From assembly GCA_965203175.1 (NCBI GenBank), contig OZ241867.1, positions 5,184,001-5,248,000 of the forward strand: 64,000 nt of DNA, read 5' to 3'. The stretch's first letter is position 1. Each line of letters begins with the position of its first letter. The translations under genes were made by a program, and so were the position numbers. Below, piece by piece: positions 9,742-19,046 of the stretch. Origin of the DNA: Candidatus Latescibacterota bacterium (lineage in GTDB: Bacteria > Latescibacterota > UBA2968 > UBA8231). The notes under the pieces are model-generated. The model had not been told where the DNA came from, did no database searches, and saw nothing but the letters and a program-made list of their open reading frames with translations.

Positions 9742-9861
9742 TTAGCGCACCAGCAGCTTGCGCGTCTGTCTCTCACTTTCAGCTATACGATCCCGCAGCT
9801 ATCCGCTCTCATCACGTCCGGTAGCCGCTTCCGCATGCTGCCCTTTGAAGGTATAGCAATT
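9742..9861 (-). pseudogene. eroded 3' remnant of a gene with a FlgD-Ig/T9SS-like C-terminal domain
   Basis: One frame reads YTFKGQ...GRDESG*...QTRKLLVR*. This parallels YALNGQ...WDGRDDAG...TGKMTLVR* at the end of the GH5 in this window. Confidence 0.45.
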
Positions 9862-9862
9862 C

Positions 9863-11383
9863 CTACTCCTTGTGAATCCACCCCCAAAACAGATTATCGC
9901 GCTCGTTCCCCGCCGCCAAGTATGTAGCCTTGAGCTGCGACAGCGCATCTCCAGCGTAGTCGGTCACAGGTCGGCCCTGCCCGTCCAGCGCGAGACCGTA
10001 TTGCCCAGCGGCGTTGATGCCGAAGATCGCGTTTTTCACCGGGCCGTCAGCCGGGCCAAGCGGCGCTAGATCGAGCTTATCCTGCAAGTCGGGTGGCAGC
10101 TCAATCCGGCGAAAGGCCTCAATCTGCCATTGCGGCGAACCAAACCAAATCGAATCCGTCCCCCACAACACGTGATCAACACCGAGGCCCTTGATCAACT
10201 TGGCCACCATAGCCGCGGCCAGGCGCGGATGCGTAATCGCCAGCGCCCCAAACGACAGGCCAATATCCGCGTACACATTCGACACCCCGTATTCAGCAGG
10301 GATGGCAGCCAACTCGTCGATCCAAGCCAGCCGCCCGGTGCGCTCAAATTCCTCGCTCACCGATTCGGCGTCCCGCCACATCTTCAAGCCCGCGTGATAG
10401 ATGTGGAAATTCAGGTCGGGCCACGCCGCTGCTGCGCCGCCTACGTCCTCGACGCTGGCGTATTGCCAGTTGGGTATGCTCTCGTAATCAACCGGCAATA
10501 CGCCCTTGTGGATACAGATGTTGGGCACGCCGAACTGGCGGGCCTTTTCGTAGGTAGGCCACGTTAGTTCTTCGTCATCTAGACGCCAAGGCCGGTCAAA
10601 GGTAGGGTGAAAACCCAGCACGTCGCCGATAGTGTAGCCCTTCCAAGAGTCCACCTTCAACTCCGTCGCCGCCGGTTCCATCAGTTCCAAGTATTCCGGC
10701 GCGCTCGGCCAGATGACCCCGTGGGCGAACATCCGCCGCGTGCCAGCGATCTCGTTGACTTGGTCGCGCGTGGCGACCATCTGCCGGTCGGACAACAGCG
10801 TCTTTTCGGGATCGACCGAGGGCGAGGTACTCAACAGCGAGAGCGTGGTGTCGCTGTCGAAAAACATGTCTTTGACGTAGTAATCGAACTTGTAGTACTT
10901 CAGGTCCAACTCCTGCTCCACCAGTTCTGGATTCCAAGGGGTGCGGGCTTGGTTGTTGCCCCGCGCCGCATCGCGCAGCCAGAGCTGGCCTTCCCAAGTG
11001 TAGTCCTCGCGCACGTGGTGGGTGTGGACGTCGAAGATAAACTGGTCGCGGGTCTGACTGCGCTGGTCGGCGGCAGCCTCGGGGTCTTCGGCCTCTGCCG
11101 GATTGACGCGATAGACATCGCCATAGACTTGATTCATCGCCATAAACGCCGCGGCCATGCCGCTGGGGGAGCGGAGATACCGCTGGCGGGGCATCCCCTG
11201 GCGACCCGCGTAGAAATCGGTCTTTTCTCGCATCAGCGCCTCGGCTTGGGCTTGGCGGCGAGACTGCGGCGGCGGGAAGCACTCGCCACTGGATACGACT
11301 TGGGTTGGAATGGGCGTCTCGACCTGCTTGCGGTAGCCGCGCTGCAAGTGCTGCAACTGTCTTGTGGTAAGCCAATCAGACAT
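9863..11383 (-). CDS. amidohydrolase family protein
   Basis: FDVHTHH, CIHKG, YHAG, VLWGTDSIW metal-binding motifs. Confidence 0.85.
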   Translation of the reverse strand: MSDWLTTRQLQHLQRGYRKQVETPIPTQVVSSGECFPPPQSRRQAQAEALMREKTDFYAGRQGMPRQRYLRSPSGMAAAFMAMNQVYGDVYRVNPAEAEDPEAAADQRSQTRDQFIFDVHTHHVREDYTWEGQLWLRDAARGNNQARTPWNPELVEQELDLKYYKFDYYVKDMFFDSDTTLSLLSTSPSVDPEKTLLSDRQMVATRDQVNEIAGTRRMFAHGVIWPSAPEYLELMEPAATELKVDSWKGYTIGDVLGFHPTFDRPWRLDDEELTWPTYEKARQFGVPNICIHKGVLPVDYESIPNWQYASVEDVGGAAAAWPDLNFHIYHAGLKMWRDAESVSEEFERTGRLAWIDELAAIPAEYGVSNVYADIGLSFGALAITHPRLAAAMVAKLIKGLGVDHVLWGTDSIWFGSPQWQIEAFRRIELPPDLQDKLDLAPLGPADGPVKNAIFGINAAGQYGLALDGQGRPVTDYAGDALSQLKATYLAAGNERDNLFWGWIHKE

Positions 11384-11486
11384 GGTTCGGATCCTTTCTC
11401 GTGCCTGAATATACGCTACAATAGCCGTAGCGCATTAACCCGCCGCGTCTTATCTTCCCGCGCACACTTCACCCGGAGTATTCATC

Positions 11487-12488
11487 ATGCGCATCGGCAT
11501 CATGGGCGTCCACTACGGCCACATCGGCGGCATGATCCAATCCGCCTTACAGACAGCAAACGGCCAAATCGTCGGCTTGGTTGAAGACGACGACGCACTC
11601 TGCGAGCGCTACGCATCCATCCCCCGCTTCGCCACCTTGGAGGACATGATCGACCGCGCCCAGCCCGAACTGATCCTCGAAGGCTTGATCCACCACGAGA
11701 AAACCGCGCTCGTAGAAACCTGCGCCCGCGCTGGCATTCACCTGCTTCTCGACAAACCCCTGTGCCACTCGCTCGACGACTGGGAGCGCATGCGCCGCGC
11801 TGTCGCCTCTAGCGCGATTCACGTATCCATGTGGTTCACCTCGCGCAGCTATCCGCCTTTTATCGCCCTGCGCCAAGCCATCCTCGACGGCACGCTCGGG
11901 GCCATCGCCAGCCTCATCTCCACCCACCCGCACAAGATCCGCCGCGACACAGCCCCGGCCTGGTATTTCGACCCGGAGCAGTACACGGGCGCATTCCACG
12001 ACCTCGCTTGCCACGGCGTCGATCAAATCCGCTGGCTCACCAATGCCGAATGCGTCGGCGTCCACGCCCTCACCACCTGCAAGCGGTTCACAGATGAGCC
12101 GCGCTTAGACGACCACGTGCAGGCTTCCTTTGCGCTATCCGACGGCGCCCTGGCAACCCTCACCGCCGACTGGCTCACGCCCCAAGCCGCCCCCTCGTTT
12201 GGCGACACTCGCTTCATCATCATGGGCACGGCCGGCTCGGCACACCTGCGCGCCTATGCTGACAACCACCTACTCATCGCCACCAACGAGCGCGAGCCAT
12301 ACTCGCCCGATTTGCCCGCAGACCAAAGCGGCGCGTTCGTCGCCAACCTGATCGACGCCATTGAACGCGGCACCGACCTCTTCATCCCCACCCGCTCGGT
12401 GTTCGCTACGGCCCAAGCTTGCCTGATGGCCCAAGAATCCGCCCGGCAAGGAGGCGCGTTCCTCCGCATTCCACCCTTTGCGCTATGA
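11487..12488 (+). CDS. Gfo/Idh/MocA family oxidoreductase
   Basis: MRIGIMG Rossmann start, LLDKP, DLACHGVD. Confidence 0.88.
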   Translation: MRIGIMGVHYGHIGGMIQSALQTANGQIVGLVEDDDALCERYASIPRFATLEDMIDRAQPELILEGLIHHEKTALVETCARAGIHLLLDKPLCHSLDDWERMRRAVASSAIHVSMWFTSRSYPPFIALRQAILDGTLGAIASLISTHPHKIRRDTAPAWYFDPEQYTGAFHDLACHGVDQIRWLTNAECVGVHALTTCKRFTDEPRLDDHVQASFALSDGALATLTADWLTPQAAPSFGDTRFIIMGTAGSAHLRAYADNHLLIATNEREPYSPDLPADQSGAFVANLIDAIERGTDLFIPTRSVFATAQACLMAQESARQGGAFLRIPPFAL

Positions 12489-12497
12489 GTGATAACC

Positions 12498-13958
12498 ATG
12501 TCCACCGACCTCATCGACCCCAAAAAGCACCATCAGCTCTTTCTCGACAGCCGCGCCTTAGTCTCTGAGCAAGGCACCACCCGCACTTTGCATCCTCTGC
12601 AAAAGTGCGGCCCCTGCATCACCGGCGGAGTCCAGAGCCGCAGCGCGCCCTTGTGGAACCCGGACGAGGAGCGCTACGAATGGTGGTACAACGGCCCGCA
12701 AGCCCGCTTGGCCATCTCCCGCGACGGCGAGCACTGGGAACAGCCCTCCCTCGGGCTATACGAGTGTGATGGCAGCACAGACAACAACATCGCCTGCGAC
12801 CCCAACGGCCCGGGCCTGTACCACATCGTCCGCGACGAGCGCGACCCAGACCCGAACCGCCGTTACAAAGCCCTGTTCGGCGTCCACGGCCGCGGCGGTG
12901 CCATCTCGCCCGACGGCTTTGCTTGGACCCAGCTCCCCAGCTCCTCCATCCCCAGCCAAGATGAATCCCAGTTCGCGTACGACCCCTATACCGAACAATT
13001 TCTCGCCATGGTCAAGCAGCCCACCGAATGGGGCCGATCAGTCTGGCTGGCGACCAGCCGCGACTTCGACCACTTCACCGAACCCAAGCTCATCTTCCAC
13101 GCCGACGAAACCGACTGGGAAAACTGCCGCCAACGCGTCCGCACCATCGTCGACGACCCAGCGTACATCACCCCGCCGCTCGTCGATGACGAAGACTACC
13201 ACGCCGAGATCTACAACATGGCCATCATGCCCTATCAGGGGCTGTACATCGGCTTCCCCACCGTCTTCAACCCCTTCGGCGCCATCCCGCCGCCGGCTAC
13301 CAATTTCACCCGCATCAACCAGATCGAAATGGCAGTCTCGCGCGACCTACGCACCTGGGACCGCGTGGCCGACCGCACGCCCTTTATCAGTATCGAACCT
13401 TGGGATGGGGAAAACTACGGCACCAGTCAGCTCCTGATGGCCGGTGCGCCGCTGGTGCGCGAAGACGGTGAGATTTGGGCTTACTACAACGCCCTCCGCA
13501 TACCGGGCAGCGTGGAAATGTACCAGCGCTTCAACCGCTGCAAGGAGCTATTCCGGCTCGGGGTGGATGAGCGCCACTTCGCCGACCCAGGCGCACTCTG
13601 CTTGGCCAAGCTGCCGCCCGACCGCTTCGTCTCCATCGACGGCGACGAAATTGCCACCCTCGTCACCCAGCCCTTCCACTGGCGCGGCGAAGACCTCTAC
13701 CTCAACGCCGACGCCCGCTGGGGCGAAATCTACGCCGAGATCCAAGACGCCGAGACCGGCAGGCCCCTCCCCAGCTTTTGGGTACCTGGGGAAAAACCGA
13801 CGCCCTTCACCGGCGACAGCCTGCGGGCCAAATACGAGTGGAAGCACCCGCACGATCTGGTATTTGAAAAACCAGTGCGCCTGAAGTTCTACTTGCACCA
13901 AGCGCGGCTATACGCCTACTGGCTCGAAGACCGCAACGATCCACGACGTGCTGAATAG
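12498..13958 (+). CDS. hypothetical protein, GH32/GH43-like five-bladed beta-propeller
   Basis: QLFLD, Asp-box-like SRDGEHW/SPDGFAW/SRDLRTW, RRYKAL, DRFVS, LYLNAD, RLKFYL. Paralogue of 32262-33734. Alternative GTG start at 12489. Confidence 0.6.
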   Translation: MSTDLIDPKKHHQLFLDSRALVSEQGTTRTLHPLQKCGPCITGGVQSRSAPLWNPDEERYEWWYNGPQARLAISRDGEHWEQPSLGLYECDGSTDNNIACDPNGPGLYHIVRDERDPDPNRRYKALFGVHGRGGAISPDGFAWTQLPSSSIPSQDESQFAYDPYTEQFLAMVKQPTEWGRSVWLATSRDFDHFTEPKLIFHADETDWENCRQRVRTIVDDPAYITPPLVDDEDYHAEIYNMAIMPYQGLYIGFPTVFNPFGAIPPPATNFTRINQIEMAVSRDLRTWDRVADRTPFISIEPWDGENYGTSQLLMAGAPLVREDGEIWAYYNALRIPGSVEMYQRFNRCKELFRLGVDERHFADPGALCLAKLPPDRFVSIDGDEIATLVTQPFHWRGEDLYLNADARWGEIYAEIQDAETGRPLPSFWVPGEKPTPFTGDSLRAKYEWKHPHDLVFEKPVRLKFYLHQARLYAYWLEDRNDPRRAE

Positions 13959-14120
13959 GAATCTGCACCGCGTCGAGAACTACCGCCACGGCTGCACAGC
14001 ACCGACAGCGAGATTTCCTCGCTGCTACGTGCCTTGACCTGCTTTTGCAGTACTAGAAATTCGTAGGGTTGGATTTGTGGAAGTACGGTAACACTCGCTT
14101 CTGTACGGTAACAGTTTCGG

Positions 14121-14462
14121 CTAGCCCGAAAAGACCTTAACGGCCACCGTCCCGAGCAAGCCCATCATCGTCGCCCACATGCCGATCATCGTGCCGATCA
14201 GCCAGCGAAAGTCCCGGCGGTGGCTATCCTCTAAGAGGTCTATCCGACGCTCTAAATCGCTCCGCAAGCTGCCCATCTGGGCCTCTAAATCGCTCCGCAA
14301 GCTGCCTATCCGGGCCTCTAAATCGCTCTCTAAGCTGCTCATGCGACCTTCTAAGCTGCTCATGCGACGCTCCAAGCTGCCTAAGCGGTCGTTGATCTGC
14401 TCAATGATGCCTTCGAGGCGACCAAGGCGGTCGCCGTAGTCGAGGGGAGAACGTTCTACCAT
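14121..14462 (-). CDS. small coiled-coil protein with C-terminal membrane anchor (CCDC90/DUF1640-like architecture)
   Basis: Repeating LE.R..SL coiled-coil pattern followed by FRWLIGTMIGMWATMMGLLGTVAV. Confidence 0.65.
   Translation of the reverse strand: MVERSPLDYGDRLGRLEGIIEQINDRLGSLERRMSSLEGRMSSLESDLEARIGSLRSDLEAQMGSLRSDLERRIDLLEDSHRRDFRWLIGTMIGMWATMMGLLGTVAVKVFSG
14250..14381. repeat. intragenic tandem repeats: about 3 x 33 bp plus about 2-3 x 21 bp
   Basis: CTCTAAATCGCTC(C/T)...AAGCTGC units with 33-bp period, followed by TC(T/C)AAGCTGCTCATGCGAC units with 21-bp period. Confidence 0.8.
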
Positions 14463-14570
14463 GCCTGCGATCTCTTCCTTGGTAGGTTAATGTACTCGCC
14501 GATGGGCACCTCTTCAATAGCAAGAACCCGCTATTCGGCAAAAGCAAAACGCAGACCAGAAGCACTATCC

Positions 14571-16535
14571 TCAGCGTACCAACGTCATCTTCCCGGTCCG
14601 CACCCCGCCTACAGCGTCCAAGCGATACAAGTACACACCGCTGGCTACCGCCCGCCCCGCGTCGTCGCGCCCATCCCATCGCGCCGCGTGCCACCCTGAG
14701 TCCACCACGCCCTGCACGAGTGTCCGCACCTGCTGACCGTTCAGCGCATAGACCGCCAGATGCACCGGCCCAGCGTCCGGCAGTGCGTAGCGGATCGCAG
14801 TCGTCGCGTTGAATGGGTTGGGATAATTCGCGGCCAACGCTAGCGCGGTTGGCTGCGACGCCGCCTCGTCGAGCACGGCCGTCAGCGCCGGTCCCACAAT
14901 CCGTAGCTCATCGAACCAGAATTGAATCCCGTCTAAGGCGTGGTGCTCAGCCACGATGTCGAAGCGATCGACGGCCTGCCAGTCGAACGCGCCGATTGGA
15001 GTGAACCACTCATTCTCCCAAGCCCCGTGCTCGGCAAAGTCGCCAAGCGGCACCCGCACCTTATGCCACTCGCCGTCCCATGGCACCACTTGCTCATCTA
15101 TCGTATAGCGCATGCGCCAAGGGCGATCATCCGGGTCTTCCGTATCCGTATCGACCAAGCGAATGTCAAACGACGATCCCGGCGTATCTCCCCGCACCCA
15201 GAATTCGACCGCATAGCCCGTCGCCGCCAACGCAGATAGATCCTTGAAGGGCTTGAAGTCGAAGCCAATAAACCCGTAGAGCGGCACCCCGGTCCAGCGC
15301 ATGCAGTAGCGGCCCAGGGCTGGGTCCGCCTCGTCATAGTAATCGACCGTGCCTTCACTGAGGTGGTTGAACTCGACCATGTGCGGGCCAAGAGAGTCCT
15401 CGTAGAGCATAAATCCCTGTTGGTCTGGCTCAGCCATAAAATCCCGCTGCGGCGGAACATTTAGCCCCAACGCTTCCAACAGCGGCACGTTCAGATCAAA
15501 CTCGAACAACTCGTCCGACCCACGCTCGAACAGGCCAAAACCACCGCGATAGTCCCAAATCGTCCACGCAATGCCCCGCTCCTCCATGTGCTGCCGTACC
15601 ACCTCGTACCACAAGACGCGGTCGCTGTTGTCGCTGTTGGGACTGTACACCCCAAACTCGCCGCAAAACAGCGGCACGCCGCGATCCTTCTGAAAAGCTG
15701 AGGCCTCGTCAATCAGTATGCGCACCTGAGTGATGGTGCCCTCTTGGCTGTAATTGCCCAGCGCAGTACCGACCCAGGAGCCCTGCAAGGACGAGGGCAA
15801 CGCCGGCATGCGCGCCCGCTCGTAGGGAAAGGGCACGCCGCGCAGCGGCACCAGGGAGGGATTAGTCCAGCTAGCGCCTTGGTGGGTAAAGACGAACGGC
15901 TCGTAGAAGTGAAACGTGTACACGAGGTTGTCGTCGGCAAAGACCGGCATCCGGTTCAGGTTGCGGAAGCTATTCCAGTTGGCCGGGCCAACGACGATCG
16001 CGTGCCGCTGATCCACCTGCCGGATCGCGTCGATCACCTGCTGCTGAATCGCGTTCCAAGCCGCGTCGCTAATGCCGTGCGGCTCGTTGAGAATCTCGTA
16101 GTAGAGCTGGACCGGATGCGCGGCAAAGTGCGCGGCAAGCTGGGTCCACACCGGCACCAGCACATCGCCGATGTCCGGCGACGTGCTAACCGCTGGATCA
16201 AACGTGTGGTTGTCCAAAATCAGATGCATCCCCAACTCGTCCGCCCAATCTGCAATCTGATCGAGAAAGGAGTAGAGTAAGGGATCGATGCGGTAATCCG
16301 GCGGGCCGCTCGTCATGGCGTGCAGGTTGATCGGCAGGCGTACCACGTCACAGCCGAGCTGTTGAATCTGCACAAAATCGGTCCGGCCAAACTTGGCAAA
16401 GTGCACGTTCTGCGCACTGGACGCTTGCAGCCAATTGCTCAGGTTGACGCCCCGGCTAAACGGAGCCTCGGCACTCCATGCGGCGACGGCCCCTACGAAC
16501 AGGAGCCAGAGACTGATTGCTTTTGATTTTAACAT
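14571..16535 (-). CDS. secreted glycoside hydrolase family 5 with carbohydrate-binding-like domain and FlgD-Ig/T9SS-type-A-like C-terminal domain
   Basis: Signal peptide. RGVNL, VRLP, ILDNH, EILNEP (acid/base), FHFY, GEFG (nucleophile), WTIW. C-terminal NYPNPFN...WDGRDDAGR..ASGVYLYRL...KMTLVR. Confidence 0.92.
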   Translation of the reverse strand: MLKSKAISLWLLFVGAVAAWSAEAPFSRGVNLSNWLQASSAQNVHFAKFGRTDFVQIQQLGCDVVRLPINLHAMTSGPPDYRIDPLLYSFLDQIADWADELGMHLILDNHTFDPAVSTSPDIGDVLVPVWTQLAAHFAAHPVQLYYEILNEPHGISDAAWNAIQQQVIDAIRQVDQRHAIVVGPANWNSFRNLNRMPVFADDNLVYTFHFYEPFVFTHQGASWTNPSLVPLRGVPFPYERARMPALPSSLQGSWVGTALGNYSQEGTITQVRILIDEASAFQKDRGVPLFCGEFGVYSPNSDNSDRVLWYEVVRQHMEERGIAWTIWDYRGGFGLFERGSDELFEFDLNVPLLEALGLNVPPQRDFMAEPDQQGFMLYEDSLGPHMVEFNHLSEGTVDYYDEADPALGRYCMRWTGVPLYGFIGFDFKPFKDLSALAATGYAVEFWVRGDTPGSSFDIRLVDTDTEDPDDRPWRMRYTIDEQVVPWDGEWHKVRVPLGDFAEHGAWENEWFTPIGAFDWQAVDRFDIVAEHHALDGIQFWFDELRIVGPALTAVLDEAASQPTALALAANYPNPFNATTAIRYALPDAGPVHLAVYALNGQQVRTLVQGVVDSGWHAARWDGRDDAGRAVASGVYLYRLDAVGGVRTGKMTLVR

Positions 16536-16671
16536 GGTAGGAAGTTAGGCGCACCGCCGCTACCAAGCAAAGCGCACGGCATGGGAGAAAATTGTAGGCT
16601 TTCATTCCCCGCCTGAATTGCCTATATCTCTGGCCACAAAATCGCGTCCCAAGCCCCACAGGAGCCACGCC

Positions 16672-17928
16672 GTGAAAATCACCACCATCGAAGTCATCCC
16701 CTTGCGCGTTCCCTACGAGGATCGCATCCGCAAAGCGTTCTACCACTTCGGCATGAACGAAGAGGTAACCGTGTACAAATTCCACACCGATACCGGCCTA
16801 GTCGGCTTGGGCGAAAACCCCGGCTCACCCTTTGAGCAGGACTTGCTCGACGCCTACCTCGGCACCAACCCGTTCGACCACGTCATGGGCACCGGGCGCT
16901 TCAATCTCGACATGGCCTGTTACGACCTAATGGGCAAACACCTCGAACTACCGGCCTGGAAGCTGATGGGCCAACAGGTGCGGGAGTGGGTGAGCATGGG
17001 TTGGTGGATGCCCTGCATGTCGCCCGAGGACTCGGCCGCCGAGGTGCAAGAAGCCGCGGCCCGCGGCTATCGCGGGCTAAAATGCAAAGCCCGCGCCTTC
17101 TACGACGTAGTCGAGCAAGCCCAAGCCATGCAGGAGGCTGCTCCGCCCGACTTCCGCATTGAATTCGACTTCAACGGCGCGCTCGTCAATGTGGAAAAAG
17201 CCCTACCTATTCTGCGCCAGTTGGAGCAAATTCCCATAGTCAAAGGAATCGAAGAGCCAATCTTCGCCTATGACATCGAGGGCTGGCGACGCCTGCACCA
17301 AGAAATCCGCATCCCCTTCTACCTCCACGGCGTCAGCACCATCTTCGACGGCCCCTCGCGCCAGCCTTCCGGCCCTTGGCTTGGGCTGCGCGCTGGCGAT
17401 TTCGACGGCGCTCTTTGCAGCCACGAGACCATCCGCAACGCGCTGGCCGCTTCTTGGGCCTTTGCCGCGGCCAACACCCCGATTCTCCTGCAATACGTCG
17501 GCACCGGCATCACCGCAGCCTTCGCCTGCCACCTCGGCGCAGTCATGCACACGGCCACCCTGCCGGGCGTAACCGCCCATCACACGTACGAAGACGACCT
17601 AATCGTCGAGCCGCATCAAGTCCAACGCGGCTTTATGCAGGTGCCCACCGGCCCCGGTTTGGGAATAGAACTAGACGAGGACGCAACCGAGCGCTACCGC
17701 GACGTATCTTCGCCGCAATGGCCGCGCCACTTCTCCGTCGTAACCCTGCCCGGCGGCCTCAAACACTACTACCGCAACCTGCGCCAAGCCGAACGCCTCA
17801 TGAAACAAGGCGTTGACGAGGCTTTCGCTCCCGGCATCCGCTTCACCGAGCGCGAAGACGACGGCAGCGCGGACTTCGATAAACTCTGGCACAGACTCCA
17901 AGAGCGCGACTGGCCCATCTGGATATAG
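16672..17928 (+). CDS. enolase superfamily (mandelate racemase-like) protein
   Basis: KITTIE, GLGE, DMACYDLMGK..PAWKLMG, KCK, FDFN, IEEP, PTGPGLGIELD. GTG start after AGGAG. Confidence 0.82.
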   Translation: MKITTIEVIPLRVPYEDRIRKAFYHFGMNEEVTVYKFHTDTGLVGLGENPGSPFEQDLLDAYLGTNPFDHVMGTGRFNLDMACYDLMGKHLELPAWKLMGQQVREWVSMGWWMPCMSPEDSAAEVQEAAARGYRGLKCKARAFYDVVEQAQAMQEAAPPDFRIEFDFNGALVNVEKALPILRQLEQIPIVKGIEEPIFAYDIEGWRRLHQEIRIPFYLHGVSTIFDGPSRQPSGPWLGLRAGDFDGALCSHETIRNALAASWAFAAANTPILLQYVGTGITAAFACHLGAVMHTATLPGVTAHHTYEDDLIVEPHQVQRGFMQVPTGPGLGIELDEDATERYRDVSSPQWPRHFSVVTLPGGLKHYYRNLRQAERLMKQGVDEAFAPGIRFTEREDDGSADFDKLWHRLQERDWPIWI

Positions 17929-17939
17929 AGGAGGCTCCC

Positions 17940-19031
17940 GTGAAAATCACCCGCATCATTCTCCACATCGTCAACGTACCCGAGCGCCACTGGTGGTGGT
18001 CGGACGACGTGTACGGCCAGCCCTTACACCAGCGCACCGAGCACGGCGTCGCCGAAGTCGAGACCGATCAGGGCTTGACCGGCCTGACGCTGATCGGGCG
18101 CTTTACCGCCTTGGACATCATGCGCCAGCAATTCGAGGCTTGGCTGGGGCAGGACGTCCTCCAAGTCAACTTGGCGCAGGGCAACGGCCCCATGCAAGGC
18201 GCTTTCGAGCAGGCCGTACTCGACCTGCGCGGCCAAGCCTTGGGCATGCCTATCTGGCAACTATTAGGTGGACGGTTGCGCGACCGCATCCCGGTCACCC
18301 AATGCACTGGATACAAAACGCCCGAACACACGGCCGAGGACGCCCAATGGGGATGGGAGCAGGGCTTCCGCGCGTACAAGATGAAATGCATCACCAGCCG
18401 CGAGCAAACCCCCGAAGAGCGCATCCGCTACGTCACCGACCGGGTCGAGGCCATCCACCGCGTGGTTCCCGACATGGTGGTGCGCCCAGATATCCGCTGG
18501 CGCTTAGAAGAAGTCTGGGTGGCCCAAGAGCTGGCCCGCCGCCTACAAGGTCATCGCATGGACTCGCTCGAAAGCCCCATTGCCAAAGGCGCTCGCGCCG
18601 GCACGTTTTCCGAATGGCGTCGCCTGCGCCACACCATCCACCTGCCCATTGGCGACCATGTCGGCGACGCGGCCGATATGCTGCACCGCTTTCAGACCGA
18701 GGCCCTCGACTACGTCATCGTCGGCGGAGCCAGCCACTTTGAAACCTTGCACCGTTCGCACCTCGCGCACGCGCTGGGGCTGGGCGGCTGGTCGCAGACC
18801 GTAGCCTATGGACCGGGTGCCGCTATGGGCCTGCACGTGGCCTCCTGCATGCCCCATTTGACCCAGCCCTACGACATGGTCGGCCCCATCGCCTGGCAGC
18901 ACTCCTTGGTCAACGAAGAATTCGTCCTCGAAGAGGGCAGCTTCCTAGTCTCCGACCGGCCGGGTTTGGGCTACACCCTCGACCGCGACGGCGTCGAGCG
19001 CTACTTAGTAGAACGCCACGTTTTCCCTTAG
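17940..19031 (+). CDS. enolase superfamily (mandelate racemase-like) protein
   Basis: EQAVLDLRGQ..PIWQLLGG, YKMK, RPD, LESP, GDH, RPGLGYTLD. GAGGAGG RBS. Confidence 0.82.
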   Translation: MKITRIILHIVNVPERHWWWSDDVYGQPLHQRTEHGVAEVETDQGLTGLTLIGRFTALDIMRQQFEAWLGQDVLQVNLAQGNGPMQGAFEQAVLDLRGQALGMPIWQLLGGRLRDRIPVTQCTGYKTPEHTAEDAQWGWEQGFRAYKMKCITSREQTPEERIRYVTDRVEAIHRVVPDMVVRPDIRWRLEEVWVAQELARRLQGHRMDSLESPIAKGARAGTFSEWRRLRHTIHLPIGDHVGDAADMLHRFQTEALDYVIVGGASHFETLHRSHLAHALGLGGWSQTVAYGPGAAMGLHVASCMPHLTQPYDMVGPIAWQHSLVNEEFVLEEGSFLVSDRPGLGYTLDRDGVERYLVERHVFP

Positions 19032-19046
19032 GACTTTTATAACGCC

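Noticed and set aside
9724-9748. GGATAAC...GTTAGCG resembling an integron attC core beside cassette-like genes
   Set aside because: Far too short for attC, not repeated between the neighbouring genes, and no integrase is present. The GTTAG overlaps the stop of the CTD relic.
14250-14381. Possible CRISPR-like array
   Set aside because: The repeats are tandem, in frame within a CDS and lack unique spacers. No cas genes are present.
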